Shown here: piece by piece, positions 29,069-39,406 of the stretch | Layout of the letters: the number at the start of each line of letters is the position of its first letter | Position numbering within the stretch: the stretch's first letter is position 1 | Source of the DNA: an uncultured delta proteobacterium | GTDB lineage: Bacteria > Desulfobacterota > Desulfobacteria > Desulfobacterales > JAHEIW01 | Direction of reading: 5' to 3' | DNA: 64,000 bases | NCBI GenBank assembly: GCA_963706575.1 | Contig: CAVPNL010000009.1 | Location: 32,001-96,000 of the forward strand | Position numbers and translations under genes: made by a program | Notes under the pieces: model-generated | What the model saw: the letters and a program-made list of their open reading frames with translations, nothing else | What the model was told of the DNA's origin: nothing | Database searches by the model: none

Positions 29069-29403
29069 AAGCGAGGCAGGTGCAGTTCATCTATATGGTG
29101 CTTATTTTGCTTGACAAAGTGATGCACATACGGCGGAACCGCACTTTGGTTTAAATAGTTCTTAAAATCCGCATCGATTTTTTCTTTGGAAACGGTGGCA
29201 ACCGGCCAGTCCTCGGCAGATTTGCAAAAGACATCATATTCGCTGTGCCCGGTTACACGCGAGATTTTGTAAAGATAAAATTCCATTGAGTCCTGGTGTT
29301 TGCGTATCTGTCGGTTGTTTAATTTATGCAGGCCCACAATTGCCAAACCCACCAGGATAGCGATACACACGTTGCCGATTCCATTAACAAATTGATCAAA
29401 CAT
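29065..29403 (-). CDS. Hypothetical protein with N-terminal TM helix
   Basis: AGGAG SD before ATG 29403 (MFDQFVNGIG...). The track's longer start lies inside the predicted promoter. Confidence 0.7.
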   Translation of the reverse strand: MFDQFVNGIGNVCIAILVGLAIVGLHKLNNRQIRKHQDSMEFYLYKISRVTGHSEYDVFCKSAEDWPVATVSKEKIDADFKNYLNQSAVPPYVHHFVKQNKHHIDELHLPRF

Positions 29404-29438
29404 GGTATTTACTCCTAAAACGCTCTCCTCCATAGTAT

Positions 29439-29466
29439 ATATCGGCACTTTCGCTCATACTCTTTA
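29439..29466 (-). promoter_or_regulatory. Candidate sigma28 promoter
   Basis: Minus strand reads TAAA-N16-GCCGATAT, a perfect SigD/FliA-type match. Confidence 0.75.
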
Positions 29467-30008
29467 AATTTTTGACAGGCATAATTCCGGTAGACAGCCG
29501 GATTATCGATTACAGGACGGGCGGCAGCGAAAATCTCAAAATTAAACAGTAATCACTAAATTAAGAATGGCGTTTTTTTGTGAATAATTGCGGATTTTCA
29601 GGATGGAAAAATCACAGGTTGGCAGGATTAGATAAAGGTCTAAAAAGAGCGGACGCCCATATTTTTTAGGCTGTTTAAACAACAGCATAATCGTATGCGC
29701 GTATGGGCGTTTGTTAGGGGGGGGGTTGCATCGTTTTTGAAAAGGAGGGAGATAAACTTTCCACAATAAGGTGACAAAAGCAGAAATATAAAAGAACCCA
29801 AAATAAAATACAAGGCGTCGGCTTCCAATTATAACCTTTCCTCTAACAGGAAAGTTTATCCCCCTGTCAACATGCCGCCTCGCACCTTAATAACCTGCTT
29901 TTAAGAGAAAATTCGCTTTGCTAAAATAAAATGCAGGCCAGCATGATATGACATTGTCTAACAGAAAAAAAGGTCCGATACAATAAAAATATTATGGTAT
30001 TTTCCAAT

Positions 30009-30047
30009 ATTTACAATATTTTACAGCATTTTACAGCATTTTACAGT
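30009..30047 (+). repeat. Array 1 of 10-bp phased direct repeats (ATTTTACAGY)
   Basis: TTACA starts at 30011, 30021, 30031 and 30041; a degenerate fifth unit lies just upstream. Confidence 0.9.
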
Positions 30048-30249
30048 TGCGGGGTGAAAAACTGCAAAAAAAAGAAAACTTGTCAATAACAGAAAAATCA
30101 CAAAGGGACATCCGGCATGGATGCCCCTTTTGGGTTTTTTGTTGTCGGGCAATCTCAGCGCAAGGCGATTGCTATCGATTTAGATTGCCTGAACCATTAA
30201 ATAATAGCAGATCAAAATCTTTTGCAACAGACTGATAAATTCAGTTCAA

Positions 30250-30298
30250 TTTTGACTGTATTTTACAACATTTTACTCGATTTTACAGTATTTTACAC
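30250..30298 (+). repeat. Array 2 of 10-bp phased direct repeats (ATTTTAC...)
   Basis: TTTGAC at 30251, then TTTTAC at 30261, 30271, 30281 and 30291. Confidence 0.9.
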
Positions 30299-30382
30299 TT
30301 GTTAAGAGATTTTTAAAAAAATGCTTTTCTTCACCTCATTTATCATTTAAAGCTTAAATATCCCACCCAGGCCAAAAATATT

Positions 30383-30410
30383 TAAAGAAAAACCGATGAT
30401 TTGCCGATAC
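30383..30410 (+). promoter_or_regulatory. Candidate sigma28 promoter
   Basis: TAAA-N16-GCCGATAC, 60 bp upstream of the HTH gene. Confidence 0.7.
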
Positions 30411-30470
30411 TAGTAGAGAATTAAAAGCCAAGAGAATTTTTCGATATTCGAAAAACATCAGGTGGTATTT

Positions 30471-30752
30471 ATGATAAATGATCACATCGTGCAGCGCAGA
30501 AGCGGCGAGGATCGCCGCAAAAAATCCGACCGGCGCAGCGGGTTTGACCGGCGCAACGGGGTCTATCCCAATGGATTCGATGAAAACGGCCAGGAGATCG
30601 TTTATACCACCAAAGAGGCCTGTGAATACCTAAAGATTTCGCGGCCCACCTACCTTAAATACATTGCCGAAGGCCGCATCAAAGCCATCAAAGTCGGCCG
30701 CGGCTGGCGCACCCTGAAAACCGAGCTGGATCGGTTTTTAAGGGGAGATTAA
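30471..30752 (+). CDS. Excisionase-family (HTH_17, BldC/Xis-like) DNA-binding protein with N-terminal RRxxxDRR repeats
   Basis: YTTKEACEYLKISRPTYLKYIAEGRIKAIKVGRGWR domain; N-terminus QRRSGEDRRKKSDRRSGFDRR; AGGTGG SD favours ATG 30471. Confidence 0.88.
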   Translation: MINDHIVQRRSGEDRRKKSDRRSGFDRRNGVYPNGFDENGQEIVYTTKEACEYLKISRPTYLKYIAEGRIKAIKVGRGWRTLKTELDRFLRGD

Positions 30753-30779
30753 ACCACTAGTCCTTTGTTCCTTTGTTCC

Positions 30780-31184
30780 TTATTTCATAAAGCCGCTACC
30801 GCCTGAAATATCACTTTCCTGTACCTTTCTGACGATACCGTTTTTTTCAAAATAAACATACAGGTTACAATTTTTTTTATCTATTTGGACCAGACCCGAA
30901 CCGCCCTTGTCTCTGCTTTCTGTCTTAAAACCAGACCCGGTGGGCATTGTGACTTGATAGGAATACTTCCATAATTCGCCCTGCTTTAAAGCTCCTTCGA
31001 CCTTGTCGGGTTCGCCGATGAGTTGTTTGACATCTTCTTTGGTTGACTCCCCCTTTTTAATCTGGCCAATAATCTCTGGATCACATACATCGGCGTTACC
31101 TCGGCTTGAGCCACTAAAACCGGGCAAAGCGATTGCGATTATAAACAGAAAAACTGTCAGGCTGGTTGTATATTTAAAATTCAT
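30780..31184 (-). CDS. Exported SmpA/BamE-like domain protein
   Basis: Signal peptide; IKKGESTKEDVKQLIGEP..W.Y and LYVYFEKNGIV pattern. Confidence 0.75.
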   Translation of the reverse strand: MNFKYTTSLTVFLFIIAIALPGFSGSSRGNADVCDPEIIGQIKKGESTKEDVKQLIGEPDKVEGALKQGELWKYSYQVTMPTGSGFKTESRDKGGSGLVQIDKKNCNLYVYFEKNGIVRKVQESDISGGSGFMK

Positions 31185-31369
31185 AGTTTATCCTCCTTCC
31201 GAATGAATGGTGAAGTGTGCATATACTGAGGCGATCCTTTTTCTATTTCAAAACATAATCTCATAAGTTTGATTGACAACCCCTACGCCGAAAACGGCGC
31301 TAACAGGCTTCATTAAAATACTTGACTTTTCGAGCGATACCCGTGACATAGAACCAACCGGAGATTAAA

Positions 31370-32278
31370 ATGAAAAAAATAAAACTGCCGACCATGGATT
31401 GCAAACAGGTCTGCGGGGAAATCTGTGATTTTGTCATCAAAGCGGTGTTGGAGACCGCTTCCAGCGGGTGCGTCATCGGATTATCGGGTGGCGTGGATTC
31501 AAGCACGGCAGCAGCGTTGATCAAAACAGGCTTTGATCACTATAATGCCGGACTTGTAAAGGGGGATCAGGCGTTTGAGCTGGTCGGCTATATTTTACCT
31601 TCGCGTTTCAACCCGACCCAAGACGAAGTCGACGCCGAAGCTGTCGCTGGATATCTGGGCATCCGCTACGAAATCCATCATATTGAAAACCTGGTGGAAT
31701 CTTTCCAATTAACCAATCCAGAGGCGCTTGAAAGCAAATTCCATAAAGGCAATATGATTTCCAGAATCCGGGCCAACGTCCTGTCAACCAAAGCAGCGAC
31801 GGAGAATAAAATTTTAGCGGGCACCGGCAACCGGGATGAAGATTTCGGTATCGGTTATTATACCCTTTTCGGGGACGGAGCCGTACATCTCAGCCCCATC
31901 GCCGGTTTGCCCAAGCGGCTCGTGCGTGAAATGGCCGCCTTTTTGGGTCTGGATAAAAAAATCATCCACCGCGAACCAACTGCCGGATTGGAACCGGACC
32001 AGAGCGACTTTAAAGACCTGGGATATGATTATGATGTGGTTGAAATCATCACTGAGAGCCTTAATCAGGGATTTTCCAGAGGTGAACTGGCAAAACACGC
32101 CCAAATCATCCCGCTGATCGAACAACAAATCAAGCAATATAAATCCACTTACGGGGATGAAAAATTCCAATCAGTGGAAGCTGTAGTGGCCGATGTACTT
32201 AAACGCCATCAACTGGCCAAAGGAAAAATGAAAATTATCCATCCGCCCACCCCTCAAATTACCCTGACATACGAATAA
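31370..32278 (+). CDS. nadE: NH3-dependent NAD+ synthetase
   Basis: GLSGGVDSS, GN..SR.R, GTGN..E..IGYYTLFGDG, PTAGL...QSD..DLG. Confidence 0.95.
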   Translation: MKKIKLPTMDCKQVCGEICDFVIKAVLETASSGCVIGLSGGVDSSTAAALIKTGFDHYNAGLVKGDQAFELVGYILPSRFNPTQDEVDAEAVAGYLGIRYEIHHIENLVESFQLTNPEALESKFHKGNMISRIRANVLSTKAATENKILAGTGNRDEDFGIGYYTLFGDGAVHLSPIAGLPKRLVREMAAFLGLDKKIIHREPTAGLEPDQSDFKDLGYDYDVVEIITESLNQGFSRGELAKHAQIIPLIEQQIKQYKSTYGDEKFQSVEAVVADVLKRHQLAKGKMKIIHPPTPQITLTYE

Positions 32279-32298
32279 AATTCCCCCACCAAAAAACA

Positions 32299-32325
32299 AT
32301 AACGAGGACCCGTCGTCCTCGTTAT
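32299..32325. terminator. Hairpin between convergent genes
   Basis: Perfect 11-bp stem ATAACGAGGAC-ccgtc-GTCCTCGTTAT. Confidence 0.65.
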
Positions 32326-32353
32326 CTAACGCGATATAGTCCGCCAAAAAACA

Positions 32354-32563
32354 TCAAACGGGTTTTTCAATCACAAATCGGGGGGCAACTTGATCAAAAA
32401 AATGATACCCGGACCCCCCGGCGGCCAGGACATCCAGTAATTCATCCGGTTTTTTAACCCGGACACCCCCCACCACACGAACGCCACGCGCAAACAGGGC
32501 ATCGGGCAGCAGGCTGGCTGTCGGTCCAATTACCGCATTTGAGTGTTTCAAATTTATTGCCAT
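32354..32563 (-). pseudogene. C-terminal remnant of a DUF364 (Rossmann-like) protein
   Basis: IGPTASLLPDALFARGVRVVGGVRV..PD.LLD.LA.GGSGYHFF resembles a DUF364 C-terminus; the N-terminal bulk is missing. Confidence 0.65.
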
Positions 32564-32582
32564 TAAGAAAATTAAAAAAAGC

Positions 32583-32609
32583 TAAAGTTTATTGAATAAT
32601 GGCGGATAA
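32583..32609 (+). promoter_or_regulatory. Candidate sigma28 promoter
   Basis: TAAAGTTT-N11-GCGGATAA, one mismatch to the enterobacterial FliA consensus. Confidence 0.5.
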
Positions 32610-32735
32610 TAATTTTGGGGAAACTCCGGCCGAATTTGGGCAAGATCAACCCTGAAAGGCCATTGTTTACCCTCTGGGAAAACGATCGCTTTTTTTCTTT
32701 TCATCCCGCTAATCTTTTTCAAGCCTGGGGGGGCT

Positions 32736-33104
32736 TTGATGGGCAAATATTTTTACCGACTCACATTAATTTTGTTTCTGGTGGGTTTCACCGGTCTGAT
32801 TGTTGGTTGCAATACGATCCCGGTGCCGAAAGAAAAAAGAGCATATGTTGGAACATGGGAAGGTGTCGGATTTCACTTAACCATCCATGAAGACGGCGGA
32901 ATTGATTATAGACGCGTCAAGGGAAAATCTACAACCACCGTAACCGGTCCCCTGAAAAGTTTTATTGGAGATGATTTTGTGGTCGGTGTGCTGTTTGTCA
33001 CCACAACTTTTGAAGTCCAGCACCCGCCATACCTGGATGGTGACGACTGGTTCATGGTGATAGACGGGGTTGAATTGAAAAAGGTTGCCGGACCTGTCAC
33101 CTGA
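32736..33104 (+). CDS. Hypothetical lipoprotein
   Basis: Lipobox-like LIVG-C after a hydrophobic stretch; beta-rich mature part (YVGTWEG). Start is probably ATG 32739. Confidence 0.75.
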   Translation: MMGKYFYRLTLILFLVGFTGLIVGCNTIPVPKEKRAYVGTWEGVGFHLTIHEDGGIDYRRVKGKSTTTVTGPLKSFIGDDFVVGVLFVTTTFEVQHPPYLDGDDWFMVIDGVELKKVAGPVT

Positions 33105-33306
33105 GCATTGATCGGATTGTCATCTGCGAATCAAACGCCCTTTATTGCAGCCACGGATATCTCAATTCCGTAATTCACAACATTATAATTAACGGGCAAA
33201 CTGGACAAGGCGGTAACGGGCCCAACGGGTTAAACTTTTCTTAATCAGCTTTCCCAGTACGCCCACAGTTGCTGCAATCGCCGCTTCGCCAGACTGCGAG
33301 TAGGAG

Positions 33307-34098
33307 TTAAGTTCTTAAACATCGCAGCTTGGCCAGGTCTTCCGCATAGCCGTATAGGTGCAGTCCTTTGCTTTCGACAATCATTTGACCGTCTTCGACG
33401 GCAATTTCTCCCGCCATGTATTCCTTTAGATTTTGAATGGCAGCCAGGTTGGCCGGAAACCCGTTCCACAAATCCCAGGACCTGAAATAAACAAAAAAAT
33501 TAAGGGTATTATCCTGGATGCGGGTATCAATCGACCGCAGGCAGGGCGGATCCAGCAAGGTGAGATCAGAAGGATGCGCGATTTGAAGTACCAATTGGTT
33601 GTTACGCTCGCCGAATTTTTTGTAAGTGTCAATCACCCACTCGATCTGGTTTAAATACAGCTGGCCGTCTTCTTCAAAAACAACCGTTCCGTCGACTTCA
33701 CGCTTATCGATAATTTCAGTATTGTCCGTTTGCCACCAATCGAGTTTATCGCCGGACAGCGGAACCTTTGTCAATCGTTCACCATACGTATACGATTCAC
33801 CGGGTTCCTTGCGTGCCGACATTAAGTATTCGATATAGGCGCGGTCATAGCCGGGCCCGCCGTAAATATAATCGTGTTCCACCGGATTGGGAATGCCGCA
33901 TGCCGGCGGAATGTCCGGAATCAGCGGATCGGTGCCGGGATGTTTTACATGACCCGTAAAATAATCATACTCCAATCGAGTTTGCCCCTCGTAGGATCCG
34001 CGATCAATAACAAAGCGCCGGCCGTGATCAAGGATATCATGAACCGCCTGAAACCATAAATCCGGTAAATCTCTTGCGTAAATGTTATGAATGTCCAT
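33307..34098 (-). CDS. thyA: Thymidylate synthase, short methanogen/archaeal-like type
   Basis: YTYGER, PPC (catalytic Cys), RSWD, GFPAN, HLY motifs. Confidence 0.85.
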   Translation of the reverse strand: MDIHNIYARDLPDLWFQAVHDILDHGRRFVIDRGSYEGQTRLEYDYFTGHVKHPGTDPLIPDIPPACGIPNPVEHDYIYGGPGYDRAYIEYLMSARKEPGESYTYGERLTKVPLSGDKLDWWQTDNTEIIDKREVDGTVVFEEDGQLYLNQIEWVIDTYKKFGERNNQLVLQIAHPSDLTLLDPPCLRSIDTRIQDNTLNFFVYFRSWDLWNGFPANLAAIQNLKEYMAGEIAVEDGQMIVESKGLHLYGYAEDLAKLRCLRT

Positions 34099-34113
34099 TA
34101 TTAATTATTCCCC

Positions 34114-34207
34114 ACCACAGAGTGCACAGAGCCCACGGAGATATTTTTTTTATCAAAAAATTTAAACTCTTTGGATTTTTCTCTGTGATCTCTGGGGTCT
34201 CTGTGGT
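34114..34207. repeat. Palindromic element with 9-bp tandem-repeat arms (CACAGAG / CTCTGTG)
   Basis: accacagagtgcacagagcccacggaga ... tctctgtgatctctggggtctctgtggt between gyrB and thyA. Confidence 0.85.
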
Positions 34208-34216
34208 TAAAAAAAA

Positions 34217-37788
<3,572 letters not shown>

Positions 37789-37794
37789 ATCCTA

Positions 37795-38078
37795 TTCCTT
37801 AATATTATATATAATAAAAAGATAATAATAAATAAGGGCTGTTCATAAAACCAATAACTCTGTAAAATTCTTAAATCATATATAAATAGTTAAAAAAAAA
37901 TGATCAAAAGATAACCGTTTCAATGGTGATAAGTGGGTAGATATCTACAGTAAAAATTAAATGTTGATAACATTGAATTTATAAACACTGTATTAATAAA
38001 GTGTTGTTGAAAAAGAATATCCGGCTTATCTTTAATTTAAATATTTTATTTTAAATAGTTATAAAAAATAACACCCGT
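37795..38078. promoter_or_regulatory. Probable chromosomal replication origin (oriC)
   Basis: Extremely AT-rich intergenic region upstream of dnaN. DnaA-box-like 9-mers: TGTTCATAA (37840), ATATCTACA (37941), TGTTGATAA (37962), TTATAAACA (37979), TGTTGAAAA (38005). The minus strand reads box-GCCC-trinucleotide repeats-AT cluster. Confidence 0.7.
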
Positions 38079-38609
38079 TTAGGATTTCGCATTGAGCCAT
38101 TTTTTTATCAAGTATATTTCATGGCTTTGCCAGCGGTTCGATGTTCTTAATTTAATAAAGGTTTTATATAATTTTTCTAAAAATTGCAAGATCTTATCAT
38201 AAAGAAAGATTTTTTCTAAAACGCTTGCTTCCACGTCATCCGGGTTCTCGGGTGGTGCGATTTTCGGTGTTTTTAAACTGCTCAGATTTAAACTTTCACC
38301 CTTTAAAGTGAACTGCCATTTTTGCTGGGAAGATCGGTAAACCAGATTGAGTTCCGCCACCAGGGCACCATTTTGTAAGGCCACCTTGGCTTCCTCAAGG
38401 CCGGCATCTTCACCTTTGATCGTAATTCGCTCAAACGCTTTTTTATGTTTTTTTTCAAGGACAACCCGGTTGCCGATTTCAAATGAAGTTAAATCCGGAT
38501 CTGCATTTCTCAAGATAGACGGGTCCTGTTCTATGACAAACCACAACCAGGTTAAAAACTCATCACCTAAAAATTTAAATCGGTTATAGGCTACCGCAAT
38601 ATCTAACAT
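38079..38609 (-). CDS. RdgC-associated protein (C-terminal-half-like), FLGxEFLTWLW family
   Basis: FLGDEFLTWLWF, EA..AL..G motifs; adjacent to the RdgC-like gene. Confidence 0.65.
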   Translation of the reverse strand: MLDIAVAYNRFKFLGDEFLTWLWFVIEQDPSILRNADPDLTSFEIGNRVVLEKKHKKAFERITIKGEDAGLEEAKVALQNGALVAELNLVYRSSQQKWQFTLKGESLNLSSLKTPKIAPPENPDDVEASVLEKIFLYDKILQFLEKLYKTFIKLRTSNRWQSHEIYLIKKWLNAKS

Positions 38610-38621
38610 TTAATTCTTCGC

Positions 38622-39236
38622 TTATTCCGCAAAATTTGTCGGAGAAAGTTTAAGGAGGAGATCTTTTTCAGTATCCGTCAAACCTGAATCCAAATGGGCA
38701 GCGGTATAGGGAATCACCCGAATCAGACTTAAGTCGAACGATCTTAAAAACAATGTTTCCAATTCTTCATTTGGCCCCTTGAGGTTGGAAAAAAACCACA
38801 AAACCGAATCCTCATAATTCCAGATGATGTCATATACATTTGGGGTTGCCGGAACCTTTAGGTTTAACCGATCGATCACAAGATCTTTTATGGTCTGCTT
38901 TTCGTTGCGGGACAGATATTGTCTACCGCTGTCAGCCAGGCGCTGGGCTGATTCGATCATAAAATGTTTTTTGATCACTTTGGACGGTATGGTTTTTTTA
39001 TCAATTCGCAGGGCAAAAACCAGATAGGTCCCATAAGCATAAGTCGACCCGCCAAAATCAGGCTGGTACGGCTTTTCAAAAGATGTCCAGCCAACCGCTT
39101 TTTCTGAAGCGTGATCATCTATTTCAGAAATCACATTTTTTTTAAGCCCGGCGGCAACCGTTTCAAGAACCGGCCTTTTAAGCCGGCCCTTAACCGTATA
39201 GCGTGTGATTGAATTTGAGGCAGACAACAAACCCAT
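38622..39236 (-). CDS. Recombination-associated RdgC-like protein (N-terminal-half-like)
   Basis: S.TRY.V, GW.S, LVFALRIDKKTIP, K.EK..IKD.V...L...PA.P, LETLF..SF. Confidence 0.7.
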   Translation of the reverse strand: MGLLSASNSITRYTVKGRLKRPVLETVAAGLKKNVISEIDDHASEKAVGWTSFEKPYQPDFGGSTYAYGTYLVFALRIDKKTIPSKVIKKHFMIESAQRLADSGRQYLSRNEKQTIKDLVIDRLNLKVPATPNVYDIIWNYEDSVLWFFSNLKGPNEELETLFLRSFDLSLIRVIPYTAAHLDSGLTDTEKDLLLKLSPTNFAE

Positions 39237-39285
39237 TGTTATGATGATTAACCTGTTTTGTATGAGAAATCCGTTTTGTTTAAAA

Positions 39286-39331
39286 CTACTATATATAGTA
39301 TATTATACAAATTAATATAAGTATATAGCGT
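39286..39331. promoter_or_regulatory. Candidate NrdR box pair
   Basis: CTACTATATATAGTAT at 39286-39301 has a perfect CwAtATaTwG core; a weaker TATAAGTATATAGCGT lies 30 bp downstream. Confidence 0.5.
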
Positions 39332-39406
39332 GTTTATTAATATCTGACAAGCGAAATTTCCAAGAGACGATGTTGACTAAATTGACCTGTTTCGGTAGGT
39401 GTGTTG

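Noticed and set aside
29670..29712. tmRNA-like tag reading AYDYAVV* on the minus strand
   Set aside because: No tRNA-like 5' or 3' (T-arm, CCA) ends nearby and no terminal Ala-Ala; treated as chance.
29999..30298. Repeat arrays as a CRISPR array
   Set aside because: Units are 10 bp and contiguous, with no unique spacers and no cas genes.
30471..30752. HTH gene as a prophage or ICE excisionase
   Set aside because: No integrase, att/tRNA site or phage genes in the window; a stand-alone regulator fits better.
33307..34098. ThyA-like gene as a phage-type dCMP hydroxymethylase or DNA-modification system
   Set aside because: It keeps the dUMP-specifying Asn and lies among housekeeping genes, with no modification or defence neighbours.
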